Origin: Terriglobia bacterium
GTDB taxonomy: Bacteria > Acidobacteriota > Terriglobia > Acidiferrales > UBA7541
Reading direction: 5' to 3'
Length of the DNA stretch: 64,000 nucleotides
Assembly (NCBI GenBank): GCA_963695545.1
Contig: OY968796.1
Location: 2,720,001-2,784,000, forward strand
Part shown: piece after piece, positions 19,561 to 29,835 of the stretch
Numbering within the stretch: position 1 is the stretch's first letter
Layout: every line of letters begins with the position of its first letter
Translations under genes and position numbers: made by a program
The notes under the pieces: generated by a model
Told to the model about the DNA's origin: nothing
The model's database searches: none
The model's input: the letters and a program-made list of their open reading frames with translations, nothing else

Positions 19561-19710
19561 GATTCGGCGAGCGGCAGGATCGAGAAGGCCAAGAGCTGGC
19601 GACCGTTAGCGCGACTGCGTTGAATCGAAGGTGAAAGCGCGGCGATCGGGTCCCTAATGCTTTTGCACTATTGTCCCAGTTTGACGAGCGTGTCGTAATT
19701 CGTCCCGCTT
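19561..19710 (+). pseudogene. Decayed duplicate of the 3' end and downstream region of the ASPIC gene 11486-13207
   Basis: 19621-19710 aligns without gaps to 13171-13260 (65/90 identical by manual count, including CCTAATGYTTTTGCACTATTGT). 19561-19620 is a frameshifted DSASGRIE... copy of DWPSGRTE... (13106-13170). Confidence 0.75.
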
Positions 19711-19841
19711 TCGTGGTCTGATCGCCGTGTCACTCAGAGATATTGCCGATTTGAGTGATAAGATTCGCGGCTGCGAAGGGATTTCGGCCCGGGGGCATGT
19801 GTGTCATTTCTCGTCTCGATCCCTTTGTTTCCTGACTCACG

Positions 19842-22685
19842 ATGAGAAGGCTTAGCCGCATCCTGCTGGCCGCGCTTTTCCTTTCAGCGGCGTATCTCTT
19901 CGCGTGGCCGTCGGCGACGGTGCCGTATTTTGGGGCCGTGATCCTGCATCTGATCGCAGGCGTGGTTTTTCTGTTCAGTTTGATTTTTGTATTTCGCGGG
20001 ATCTGGCGAGACGCGAGTCCAATTGCGCGGATCGGTTGGATTCTCCTGGTTCTCGGCGGAATCGCGGGAGCGGCGCTGATCTATACGGGGACGCCCCACA
20101 GTAAATGGGATTTGGTGTACGCGCACATCGGGGCGTGCATGGCGGGGGGATCGCTACTTCTATCGGAGTGGATCGGCAAGCGCGGATTTATGCGCGGCGG
20201 GTATTTCGCCGGCGTGCTGCGGGCGACGATTGTTTTGATCGCCGCCGGAGCCGTAGCGGCGGGCGCGTATTGGGTTCGCACGGTGCCGTGGCAGCGCGCG
20301 AATCGCATTGACAATCCTTCGATTGCTCCAGAAACGATGAACGACGAAGGCGATGGGCCGAGCGGCCCATTTTTTCCGAGCTCCGCGCAGACCGAGGGCG
20401 GAGTGCACATTCCGGCGAGCTATTTCACGGAGTCCGATAGTTGCGAGCGCTGCCACGCGGATATTTACAAGGAATGGCAAGGCTCGGCGCACCATTTTTC
20501 ATCGTTCAACAACGCGTGGTATCGCAAGAGCATCGAGTACATGCAGGACACGGTGGGAATTAAGCCGTCGAAATGGTGCGCCGGGTGTCATGATCCCGCG
20601 CTGCTCTATAGCGGAATGTTTGACCGGCCGATCCGCGAAGTTGAGGACACTCCGGCGGGGCAAGCGGGCCTTGGTTGCATGATGTGCCATTCCATCGCGA
20701 AGGTGAAAAGCACGATGGGCCAGGGAGATTTCGTGCTGGAGTATCCTGCGTTGCATCGTTTGGCCGCGAGCAAAAATCTTTGGGTGCGCCGCTTTCACGA
20801 TTTCCTGATCGATCTCAATCCCGAGCCGCATCGGCGCGTGTTCTTGAAACCGTTCATGCGCACGCAGACCGCGCAATTTTGCTCTACGTGCCACAAAGTG
20901 CATCTCGATGTGCCGGTGAACCACTATCGCTGGGTGCGGGGCTTCAACGAGTACGACAACTGGCAGGCCAGCGGCGTATCGGGCGGAGGCGCGCGTTCGT
21001 TTTATTATCCGAAGGCGCCGCAGATGTGCGCGGACTGTCACATGCCGCTCACGAATTCTACGGACGCAGGAAACGTCGCCGGGTTCATCCATTCCCATCG
21101 TTTTCCGGCGGCGAATACCGCGCTGCCTTTCGTGAATGGGTTGACGGCGCAACTCGACGCCACGGAAGATTTCCTTACGAAGAATCAAGTGAGCGTGGAC
21201 ATTTTTGCCATTTCGCCGGAAAGCGAATCGCGCGCGGCGAACCAATCGAGCGCCGCAGCCGCGAGCCCTGAATTCGCGACGACGTTCGCGGTGGGCGAAG
21301 AAGCGGAGACGGCCGGCCCCGCGAATGCTTCGCCGGAGTCCGCGACGCCTACCGCGATGCTGACGGCTCCGATGAATCGCGCCGATGTCGAGGTGCGCGG
21401 GGGCGGAACTTATCGCGTGGATGTTGTGGTGCGCACGCGCACCGTTGGACACTTTTTCCCAGGCGGCACGGTAGACGCGTACGATTGCTGGCTCGCGCTT
21501 GACGCCACGGATGACAAAGGCCGGGTGATTTTCTTCAGCGGATACGTTCAGGATGATGGCAAGGGGCCCGTGGATCCGAGTGCGCATTTTTACCGCTCGT
21601 TGCAAATCGACGCCCACGGCAACGCGATCACTAAACGCAACACCTGGTCCACACGCGCAGTGGTTTACGTTCACTTGATTCCGCCCGGCGCGGCGGACAC
21701 GGTGCACTACCGAATTAAAATCCCGCGCGATGCGGTCGGGCACATACATCTGCGCGCGCGTCTCAATTATCGAAAGTTTGCATGGTGGAATACGCAGTTT
21801 GCGTTCGCCGGCGTGCACGATCCGAGCCAGAGCAATCCCCAGGTGTCCCCGGACTTCGACGATACGCGATGGGTTTTTACGGGTGACCCGTCCCGCGCGC
21901 CCGGCGGCGCCAAGGGGATTCCAAATCTGCCGATTGTGACCATGGCCGAAAACGATCTGACGGTGGGGATTCTGCCTGAAGGCGCGAAGGAGCCTGCGCC
22001 AAAAATTGCGGCGAACGGCGACGATTGGTCCCGTTGGAACGATTACGGAATTGGCCTGCTCACGCAAGGCGATCTTTCGGGCGCCGCATTCGCATTTCGA
22101 GAGGCCACAGCAGCCGCACCGGAGAATCCCGATGGCTGGGTGAACATCGGCCGAGTGCGCGTGCAAGAAGGGAACGACGCCGCAGCGGAGCAGGCGCTCG
22201 AACGCGCGCTCGCGCTCAGCCCGCACCTTGCGCGCGCGCACTATTTCTATGCCAGAGCGTTGCGCAACGAGGGCAAGTACGACGAGGCCATGACGCACTT
22301 GCGCGAAGTGCTGGAGCAATATCCGGATGATCGTGTGGTGCACGATGATCTCGGACGCATTCTTTTCCTCGAACGCCGCTACTCGGATGCGATTCGCGAA
22401 TTTCAAGCCACGACTGCGATCGATCCCGAGGATTTGGAAGCGAATTACAATTTAATGCTGTGCTACACGGGTTTGCGGCAGCCCGGAACGGCGGGAGAAT
22501 ACGAGAAGAGATATTTGCGTTTTAAGGCCGACGAAGCGTCGCAAACGCTCACGGGTCCGTACCTGCGCACGCACCCGTACGACAATCTGGAACGGCAACT
22601 TATTCACGAACACACCTCTAGCTACGTTGAGTCTTCACAGGAAAAGCGATATGAAGCGGCTGCCGGCGGGAGCGGTGCAAATTGA
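19842..22685 (+). CDS. Membrane-anchored multiheme cytochrome c (c554-like) fused to C-terminal TPR repeats
   Basis: About five N-terminal hydrophobic helices; five CxxCH motifs (CERCH, CAGCH, CMMCH, CSTCH, CADCH); C-terminal TPRs (WNDYGIGL, GWVNIGRV, ANYNLML). Confidence 0.88.
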   Translation: MRRLSRILLAALFLSAAYLFAWPSATVPYFGAVILHLIAGVVFLFSLIFVFRGIWRDASPIARIGWILLVLGGIAGAALIYTGTPHSKWDLVYAHIGACMAGGSLLLSEWIGKRGFMRGGYFAGVLRATIVLIAAGAVAAGAYWVRTVPWQRANRIDNPSIAPETMNDEGDGPSGPFFPSSAQTEGGVHIPASYFTESDSCERCHADIYKEWQGSAHHFSSFNNAWYRKSIEYMQDTVGIKPSKWCAGCHDPALLYSGMFDRPIREVEDTPAGQAGLGCMMCHSIAKVKSTMGQGDFVLEYPALHRLAASKNLWVRRFHDFLIDLNPEPHRRVFLKPFMRTQTAQFCSTCHKVHLDVPVNHYRWVRGFNEYDNWQASGVSGGGARSFYYPKAPQMCADCHMPLTNSTDAGNVAGFIHSHRFPAANTALPFVNGLTAQLDATEDFLTKNQVSVDIFAISPESESRAANQSSAAAASPEFATTFAVGEEAETAGPANASPESATPTAMLTAPMNRADVEVRGGGTYRVDVVVRTRTVGHFFPGGTVDAYDCWLALDATDDKGRVIFFSGYVQDDGKGPVDPSAHFYRSLQIDAHGNAITKRNTWSTRAVVYVHLIPPGAADTVHYRIKIPRDAVGHIHLRARLNYRKFAWWNTQFAFAGVHDPSQSNPQVSPDFDDTRWVFTGDPSRAPGGAKGIPNLPIVTMAENDLTVGILPEGAKEPAPKIAANGDDWSRWNDYGIGLLTQGDLSGAAFAFREATAAAPENPDGWVNIGRVRVQEGNDAAAEQALERALALSPHLARAHYFYARALRNEGKYDEAMTHLREVLEQYPDDRVVHDDLGRILFLERRYSDAIREFQATTAIDPEDLEANYNLMLCYTGLRQPGTAGEYEKRYLRFKADEASQTLTGPYLRTHPYDNLERQLIHEHTSSYVESSQEKRYEAAAGGSGAN

Positions 22686-24406
22686 CGCGGCGACGAAGCG
22701 CGTTGCATTTCGCGGCGGTTTGCTGCGTTGTGATTTGCGCTGCGTGGATTAGCGCATCGCTCGGAAGTCCGACCAAAGTCACCGCGCAGCCGGCGGGCAT
22801 ACGATTTGAAGACATTACGCGGGCCGCAGGCATTCATTTTGTTCATAACAACGGCAGTTTCGGCAAGAAATGGCTGCCCGAAACCATGGGGCCGGGCGTT
22901 GCTTTTATCGACTTTGACAATGACGGCTGGCAGGACATCTTGATCGTGAACGGAATGGACTGGCCAGGCCACGTGCGGCATCACTCGACGCTGGCGCTTT
23001 ACCGCAACAATCACGATGGCACGTTCACGGACGTTACGGCCAAGGCCGGCCTCGATGTTGAAATGTATGGGATGGGCGTGGCGGTCGGGGACTACAACAA
23101 CGACGGCTATGACGACATTTTTGTCACGTGCCTGGGGCAGAGCCACTTGTTTCGCAACAATGGCAATGGCACGTTCACGGATGTGACGAAGCGAGCCGGG
23201 CTGTGGGGACCGAACGAATTCAGCACGAGCGCCGCGTGGGTGGACTACGATCGCGACGGTCACCTTGATCTCGTAGTCGCGAATTACGTGCAGTGGTCGC
23301 CTGCAAACGACATCTACTGCACGCTCGACGGTAAGACGAAATCGTACTGCACGCCGGAGTCCTATAACGGAACCTCGGTGCGACTGTGGCACAATCGCGG
23401 CGATGGGACCTTCGAGGACGCGACCGCGAAGGCCGGCTTGCTCGATCCGACGTCGAAGAGCCTCGGCGTCGCGATCCTCGACGCGAATCGGGACGGCTGG
23501 CCCGACATCCTGATCAGCAACGACACGCAGCCGAATAAGTTGTACATGAACAACGGCAACGGCACGTTCACGGAGAAAGGCGTCTCAGCAGGCGTGGCCT
23601 ACAGCGAGGACGGAATCGCGCGCGCCGGAATGGGCGTGGACACGGCGGATTACGATAGGTCCGGTTATCCGAGCGTGCTGATCACGAATTTCGCGAATCA
23701 AATGGTTTCGCTTTATCACAACGAAGGCAACGGGCTGTTTGTCGATGAAGCGCCTCAATCGGAAGTGGGGCATGCCACGTTGCTCACGCTCGGATTTGGC
23801 TGCTTTTTCTTCGACTACGATCTCGATGGATGGCCTGACATCTACGTCGCCGACGGCCACATTGAAGACGCGATCGAGCGAGTGCAGCCTCTGGTGCGCT
23901 ATGCCGAGCCGCCACACATGTTCCGCAATCTTGGCAACGGGAAATTCGAGGATGTCACGGGCACGTTGGGCACAGCATTCGCGGCCCCTGAGGTCGCGCG
24001 AGGTGCCGCATACGGTGATATTTATAACGATGGGGCGCTCGATCTGCTTGTCTCCACAAACGGCGGCCCCGTGCATCTATTCCGCAACACGGGCACGACA
24101 AACAATAGCCTGCGCATCAAGCTCGTGGGAACGAAGTCGAATCGCGATGGGATCGGAACGGTTGTGCGCTTGGCGGCCGGCAGTGACATTCAATCGAAGA
24201 TGCTCTCGAGTGGCTCGAGCTACCTTTCCTCCAGCGAACTGATTTTAACGTTCGGCCTCGCAACGCATGCGCAAGCGGACACCATCGATCTCTATTGGCC
24301 AAGCGGACAGACTGAACACTTGACAGGCATCGCGGCAAATCAAATCATCACCGTCAAAGAGGGCCAGGGCGTCGTGTCGTCGAAAGCCCTCGCGAAGCGC
24401 CCATAG
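22682..24406 (+). CDS. CRTAC1-like FG-GAP / ASPIC-UnbV protein (close paralog of 11486-13207)
   Basis: LPETMGPG, DYNNDGYDD, CTLDGKTKSYCTPE, NDTQPNKLY, SNRDGIG and WPSG; TTG start overlaps the upstream stop. Confidence 0.9.
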   Translation: MTRRRSALHFAAVCCVVICAAWISASLGSPTKVTAQPAGIRFEDITRAAGIHFVHNNGSFGKKWLPETMGPGVAFIDFDNDGWQDILIVNGMDWPGHVRHHSTLALYRNNHDGTFTDVTAKAGLDVEMYGMGVAVGDYNNDGYDDIFVTCLGQSHLFRNNGNGTFTDVTKRAGLWGPNEFSTSAAWVDYDRDGHLDLVVANYVQWSPANDIYCTLDGKTKSYCTPESYNGTSVRLWHNRGDGTFEDATAKAGLLDPTSKSLGVAILDANRDGWPDILISNDTQPNKLYMNNGNGTFTEKGVSAGVAYSEDGIARAGMGVDTADYDRSGYPSVLITNFANQMVSLYHNEGNGLFVDEAPQSEVGHATLLTLGFGCFFFDYDLDGWPDIYVADGHIEDAIERVQPLVRYAEPPHMFRNLGNGKFEDVTGTLGTAFAAPEVARGAAYGDIYNDGALDLLVSTNGGPVHLFRNTGTTNNSLRIKLVGTKSNRDGIGTVVRLAAGSDIQSKMLSSGSSYLSSSELILTFGLATHAQADTIDLYWPSGQTEHLTGIAANQIITVKEGQGVVSSKALAKRP

Positions 24407-24408
24407 AA

Positions 24409-27400
24409 ATGCCTCGATCGGCCCGCACCGGGGGGACCGTGAATCGTTGGAAGCGAATTCTCGCGCCGGCGGCGATGATCGCTTGCGCGTTCCTGTGCGT
24501 TGCCTCGCGAGGCGCGAAGGATTCCGCGGCTTTCCAGCAGACGGCGACTGGGGACAGCGCGACGCATCTCGAAGCGGTGCGCGAAAATAATTTCGGCGTT
24601 GCGTTGATGAATCGCCAGCAATTTGGCGACGCGCTTGCGAAATTCCAGGCGGCGTGCGCGCAAGTGCCTAAGACCGATGTTCCGTGCGTGAATGTGGGCA
24701 TCACGCTTTTCAACCTGCAGCGCTACGACGAGGCGCGCAAGCTACTCGCCGAAATTGTAGGCCTCGACCCACAGAGCGCGCGAGCGTGGTTCAACCTCGG
24801 CCTCCTAGATAAAGCGGCGGGCGCGTTCGATGCGGCGCTCGTCGATTTCAACCGAGTCGCACAGATCGATTCCGACGACGCGGATTCGCGATACTTCGTC
24901 GGTCTTATTTATTCGCAGCAGAAACAGTACGACAAGGCCATCGCGTCGTTTCGCGAGGCGCTGGCGCGGAATCCGTTCCATCTTTCGGCGGAGTTCGGAT
25001 TGGCGCAGGCGGAGCAGCGGTCGGGCGATCTTGCGAGCGCAAAAGAGAATTTGGAAAGTTTCGAGCATCTGAACGCGACAAAACTCGGTGTGCCGATTGG
25101 CTCCGCGTACGGCCAGCAGGGGAATTATTCGCTTACGGCGTCGATGACGCCCGCGCCCGAGCCCGTGCCGCCGCCAATTCCAGTTCATTTTGTCGATGTC
25201 ACCGCGTCTGCCGGCCTCTCACCGACGCCCTCTCTAGAGAAGCCGGCAGTAGATTCCACGCTCGCTAATTTCCTCGGCAGCGGGGCTTGCGTGATCGACT
25301 ACGACGGCGACGGCAAGCCCGACATTTTTTTTCTCGATGCGGATGGACGCGGCGACGCGGCGCTCTATCACAATATCGGCGACGGCAAGTTTGTGGATGT
25401 GACGAAAGCCGCGGGACTCGATCTTCACGGAGAGGGAACCAGCTGCGCCGTCGGCGATTACGACAACGACGGTAAGCCGGATTTGGCGATTGCATGGAAC
25501 GGCCACCTTATGCTTTTTCACAACGAGGGGAACGGCGTTCTCAAAGACGTGACCGAGAAGGCGGGGATTAAGACCGACGGCCTTCTGCTGGGCATAACTT
25601 TCGTCGATTACGATCACGACGGCGACCTCGATCTGTACGTCACACGCTTCGAAAACTTTCCTTTTCCCGGCCCCTCGCAGCCTTTTGCGTTTCCCGCGGA
25701 CGCGTCTGCGCCTGGAAACGTTCTCTGGCGCAACAACGGCAATGGCACGTTCACGGAATGGACAAACGAAACGGCTCTCGGCGGTGACAAGCCTTCTGTT
25801 GCAGCGATCGCGAGCGACGTGAACAACGACCGCGCGGTCGATCTCGTTGTCACAGGCTGGGGCAAATCGCCGCAGGTGTTTCTGAACCCGCGCGAAGGAA
25901 AATTCAAGGCCATAACTCCATGGACGTCCGACATGCCGGCGCCAACCGCGGGAGCCGTGGCGCTCGATTTCGACAAGGATGGCCGGATGGATCTCGCGTT
26001 CACGCACTGGGGCGCGCCGGGTCTCAGTTTGTGGCGAAACGTCGATGGGAAATCGTTCGAGCGCGTCGCGCTGCCCGACCTCGGCTGGGAGCGCGGTTGG
26101 GGAGTGGCGCCGATCGATTATGACAACGATGGCTGGATCGACCTGGTGGCCGTCGGAGAAACCAAATCGGGTGAAGGGCGGATTGCGCTGTTGCGCAACG
26201 AAGGCCCCGCTGGATTTCGAGACGTATCTCACGACGTCGGCCTCGACAAAATCGTGCTGCGCAATCCGCGCAGTGTGATCGCATTCGATTACGATGGCGA
26301 TGGCGCAGTTGATTTGCTGATCACGCAAAACAATTTGCCGCCCGTTTTGCTTCGCAACGTGGGAGGCAGCCGAAATAATTGGCTCGAGCTCGCGCTCAAA
26401 GGCGAGCATGACAACGCGACGGGAATTGGCACGAAAGTTGAGATTTCCGCCGGCGCTCTCCAGCAGAAATGGGAAGTTCCCGGTGCGTCGGGATATTTGG
26501 GGCAAGGCTCGGCCGAGATTCACGCCGGCTTGGGCGACGAGCAACAAACCGACATCGTCAGGCTGCTTTGGCCTACGGGCGTGCTTCAGGACGAGCTGGA
26601 TATTCCCGCTGGGAAACGGAACGAAATCACTGAGATCGACCGCCGCGGAAGTTCCTGCCCGATTGTGTTCGCGTGGAACGGGAAGAAATTTGATTTTCTT
26701 GCGGATGTGATCGGTCCGGGCATCGTGGGTCACTGGATCGGACCGAACCAGCGGAATACTCCCGACCCCGAGGAATATTTTAAAGTTGCTGGATCGGAGG
26801 TGAGCCCGAAAGCTGGGCACATTCTATTCCGGATGATTGAGCCGATGGAGGAACTCGATTACCTCGATCGTGTGCGGCTGCTCGCTGTTGACCACCCCGC
26901 CGATGAGGAAGTTTATCCAAACGCATATTTCGCGAGTAATCCGCCGTTCCCGGAATTCAAGGTGATCGCGAGTCGCGGAGCGCATGCTCCCGCGGGCGCG
27001 TGGGACGATCAGGGGCGCGACGTTCTGCCGCTACTTCTCAGACGCGATCGAAAATATATTTCGGATCTGCCGGAGGCCCCGTACCAAGGATTCGCGGGAA
27101 TGCACTCGCTGAAACTCGATCTTGGTCCGTGGGATGCATCGCGCCCGCTGCGCCTGCTGATGGATGGGTTCACGGATTATTTTTCCGCGAACTCGATGTA
27201 CGCTGCGTGGCAGGCGGGGATTCAGCCGGTCGCGCCATTCATCGAGGCGCAGGATGCATCGGGCAAATGGATTCGCGTGGTGGACGACATGGGATTTCCC
27301 GCGGGTCTCGCGCGCACGATGGTTGCGGATTTGACGGGAAAACTTCCGCCCGGAACGCGCTACATTCGGATCACCACAAATCTGAAAATCTATTGGGATC

Positions 27401-27951
27401 GGATTCGCGTAGATAATTCGCCCGCCAATTTGGCGTATCGCGTCACCGAGGCGCCTTTGTCCGGCGCGAATTTGCGTTTTCGGGGCTATCCGCGCGTGAT
27501 CGAAGGCAATCCGAAGAACGACATCACGTACGTCTATGACGACGTGAGCCGAAGTGGTCCGTACGCGCGACAGGCGGGGAACTATACCCGCTACGGCGAC
27601 GTCACCGAGCTTGTGCGATCGAGCGACGACGAATACGTGGTCTTTGGTTCGGGCGACGAAGTCGCGGTAGATTTCGACGCAACGCGCTTACCCGATTTGC
27701 CGGCCGGTTGGACGCGCGATTATTTCTTCTACGCGGATGGCTTCGCCAAGGACATGGATTTCTACGCGGCGTATGGAGATACCGTCTCGCCGCTTCCGTT
27801 TCACACGCTGGTTCCGTATCCATATCCGCAAGGCGTTTCTTATCCGATGGACGACGAACATCTGAATTATTGGCTCGAGTACAACACGCGCGGAGTGGCG
27901 GGCCCGGCGAGCCCGAGCTTCAAGTTCAACTATCCGTCAGAATCACACTGA
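24409..27951 (+). CDS. TPR + FG-GAP + ASPIC-UnbV protein with a long C-terminal extension
   Basis: Signal or anchor, N-terminal TPRs, many DxDxDG repeats, NATGIG...GYLGQ...WPTG ASPIC domain, then GSSCP and a ~430 aa C-terminal domain. Confidence 0.88.
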   Translation: MPRSARTGGTVNRWKRILAPAAMIACAFLCVASRGAKDSAAFQQTATGDSATHLEAVRENNFGVALMNRQQFGDALAKFQAACAQVPKTDVPCVNVGITLFNLQRYDEARKLLAEIVGLDPQSARAWFNLGLLDKAAGAFDAALVDFNRVAQIDSDDADSRYFVGLIYSQQKQYDKAIASFREALARNPFHLSAEFGLAQAEQRSGDLASAKENLESFEHLNATKLGVPIGSAYGQQGNYSLTASMTPAPEPVPPPIPVHFVDVTASAGLSPTPSLEKPAVDSTLANFLGSGACVIDYDGDGKPDIFFLDADGRGDAALYHNIGDGKFVDVTKAAGLDLHGEGTSCAVGDYDNDGKPDLAIAWNGHLMLFHNEGNGVLKDVTEKAGIKTDGLLLGITFVDYDHDGDLDLYVTRFENFPFPGPSQPFAFPADASAPGNVLWRNNGNGTFTEWTNETALGGDKPSVAAIASDVNNDRAVDLVVTGWGKSPQVFLNPREGKFKAITPWTSDMPAPTAGAVALDFDKDGRMDLAFTHWGAPGLSLWRNVDGKSFERVALPDLGWERGWGVAPIDYDNDGWIDLVAVGETKSGEGRIALLRNEGPAGFRDVSHDVGLDKIVLRNPRSVIAFDYDGDGAVDLLITQNNLPPVLLRNVGGSRNNWLELALKGEHDNATGIGTKVEISAGALQQKWEVPGASGYLGQGSAEIHAGLGDEQQTDIVRLLWPTGVLQDELDIPAGKRNEITEIDRRGSSCPIVFAWNGKKFDFLADVIGPGIVGHWIGPNQRNTPDPEEYFKVAGSEVSPKAGHILFRMIEPMEELDYLDRVRLLAVDHPADEEVYPNAYFASNPPFPEFKVIASRGAHAPAGAWDDQGRDVLPLLLRRDRKYISDLPEAPYQGFAGMHSLKLDLGPWDASRPLRLLMDGFTDYFSANSMYAAWQAGIQPVAPFIEAQDASGKWIRVVDDMGFPAGLARTMVADLTGKLPPGTRYIRITTNLKIYWDRIRVDNSPANLAYRVTEAPLSGANLRFRGYPRVIEGNPKNDITYVYDDVSRSGPYARQAGNYTRYGDVTELVRSSDDEYVVFGSGDEVAVDFDATRLPDLPAGWTRDYFFYADGFAKDMDFYAAYGDTVSPLPFHTLVPYPYPQGVSYPMDDEHLNYWLEYNTRGVAGPASPSFKFNYPSESH

Positions 27952-27964
27952 GTGGGAATTTGCG

Positions 27965-28525
27965 TTATTTCACGCGATGTAATTCGATGTAATCGCGGCC
28001 ATGATAGAGGCGATAGTTGCCCGGCTGCGCCGCCGCGACGAACTGTAGCGGGATGGGGCGATGGATGTCGGCGTCGCGCGTCGAGGTCGCGTGCAGCACG
28101 TCGTTCGCGGCGAGATCCATAACTACGAACTGGTTGTTATCGAGAAATCCGAAGCCGTACGCGCCGGGCTGCAGCGTCTGGCCGCTGATTTCGATCGGAA
28201 CTTCGGCGATCAGGTAGGCCTGATATTTCACTCGAATGCGCGTGGCATAGCCGGAACTATCCACGAGGCCCGCGAGAAGCAGCAGCCCGTCGGTGAAGCG
28301 GACGCCGCCGACGTTGTCCATTTGGACTGTAGCGGTCTGTCCGCGGAAAAAAACGGTCGTGGGAAAAAGATGGTCGGTGATATCCGTGGCGGCCAGGATT
28401 ACATCTTTCGTCTGCGGAGCGGCGGCTGCGTCTGGCGCAGGTGCCGGCGTGCCTTGGGCAAAGGCAGTCGCGGAGGCGACGAGCACAAGAAGGGCGATTC
28501 CGGCTAGGGTGTGGCGGGCATTCAT
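27965..28525 (-). CDS. Hypothetical secreted protein
   Basis: GAGGAG RBS, ATG at 28525, signal peptide ending AFA-Q; beta-rich mature part (LQPGAYGFGF). Confidence 0.7.
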   Translation of the reverse strand: MNARHTLAGIALLVLVASATAFAQGTPAPAPDAAAAPQTKDVILAATDITDHLFPTTVFFRGQTATVQMDNVGGVRFTDGLLLLAGLVDSSGYATRIRVKYQAYLIAEVPIEISGQTLQPGAYGFGFLDNNQFVVMDLAANDVLHATSTRDADIHRPIPLQFVAAAQPGNYRLYHGRDYIELHRVK

Positions 28526-28785
28526 GGGATTCTCCTCGTGGGCGAGCTCGGTTGGCGGTCGACGGCATTCTAGCACGGAGTTTCACGCATTGGGCCGCGC
28601 AGACGGCCGGACTTCCACGCGTCGCATCGGTACAGAGAATCGACGATTCGATCTGATATTGATTCGTACCTGCGTCTGGAGTGCATCCTATAATCACGAG
28701 GACAGAGCCCAAGGCGTCGCGATGCAAGGTCTAGAGTCGGCCAATTATTTTCCCGGCAACGATCGCCTGCGAAAGTCGTGATTCG

Positions 28786-29835
28786 ATGAACGGTTCTTTT
28801 ACAGCGCGAAGTGTTCTATTGACCGGGGCCGGCGGCTCGATCGGCTCCGCACTGGCGAAGGCGATCGCCTCGCAAGGACCTCGTTCGCTCGTGCTCCTGG
28901 ATCATTCGGAACAAAATCTTCAGCAGATCGATTTCGATCTGAGCGCCGTTCACGGCGCGAAGGTTTGGTCTCCAATCCTCGGAGACATCGCCGATGGCGC
29001 TCTGCTTTCAGAAATCTTTGACGAGTACGAACCGGAAGTGATCATCCACGCGGCAGCCTTCAAGCATGTACCGCTGATGGAGAAAAATCCGATTCCAGCC
29101 ATTCGGAATAACTCGCTTGCCACGAACCTCCTGGCGAAAAAGGCTGGCGCGCACGGCGTGGCCACGTTCGTCATGGTCTCCACGGACAAAGCGGTTAATC
29201 CGCAAAGCGTGATGGGCGCCTCGAAGAGATTGGCGGAACTTGCGCTGCTGCGATGGAGCAGCGCGCGCACCACCATGCGGGCTGTTCGCCTCGGTAATGT
29301 TTTTGGATCGCGCGGAAGCGTGGTGCCCACCTTCCTTCGGCAGATTTCTGCGGGAGGGCCGGTGACCGTGACGCATCCGGATGTGACGCGTTATTTCCTG
29401 AGCATGAGCGAGGCGGTCGAATTGCTCACCTTGGCGGACAGTCTCTCGGGGCGGGGCGGCATATACATTTCAGACCCTGGTGAACCCGTGCGAATTCTCG
29501 ATCTTGCACATCAGCTGATTGAGAACGCTGGCGCCGGACACGAAGGCGAAATCCCGATCGTGATGACGGGCCTTCGCCCAGGCGAAAAGATGACCGAGGA
29601 GTTTTATTCAGACGGTGAAACGGTTGCCGAAGCGGGCGGCCGAAAGCTGCGGCTGATCAATACACCGGAGCCGCCGCGCGAACAGTTCGACGTGCTGATG
29701 ACGGAGTTACAAGAAGCTGTGGATCGGCGCGATTTGACGGACGCACTCGACCGGCTATGCCGGCTGGTGCCCGAGTATCGCCCCAGCGAAACGATTCTCG
29801 CGTTGCGGCAAAACGCCGCGTCTCAATCCGCATGA
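28786..29835 (+). CDS. CapD/PglF-like nucleotide-sugar 4,6-dehydratase (catalytic domain only)
   Basis: LTGAGGSIGS, HAAAFKHVPLME, STDKAVNP..MGASKR, RLGNVFGSRGSVVP and GLRPGEK. Confidence 0.9.
   Translation: MNGSFTARSVLLTGAGGSIGSALAKAIASQGPRSLVLLDHSEQNLQQIDFDLSAVHGAKVWSPILGDIADGALLSEIFDEYEPEVIIHAAAFKHVPLMEKNPIPAIRNNSLATNLLAKKAGAHGVATFVMVSTDKAVNPQSVMGASKRLAELALLRWSSARTTMRAVRLGNVFGSRGSVVPTFLRQISAGGPVTVTHPDVTRYFLSMSEAVELLTLADSLSGRGGIYISDPGEPVRILDLAHQLIENAGAGHEGEIPIVMTGLRPGEKMTEEFYSDGETVAEAGGRKLRLINTPEPPREQFDVLMTELQEAVDRRDLTDALDRLCRLVPEYRPSETILALRQNAASQSA

Noticed and set aside
11486..26400. Many short nucleotide repeats such as AACAACGGCAATGGCACGTTCACGGA and GACTACGACAACGACGG
   Set aside because: They encode FG-GAP protein repeats and reflect paralogy, not a DNA-level repeat system or DGR template/variable repeats; no reverse transcriptase is present.
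28689..28785. Possible frameshifted N-terminal extension of the CapD-like gene (ATG 28722 after TATAAT at 28689)
   Set aside because: The short upstream frame has no recognisable CapD/PglF motif, so a frameshift cannot be supported without homolog alignment.
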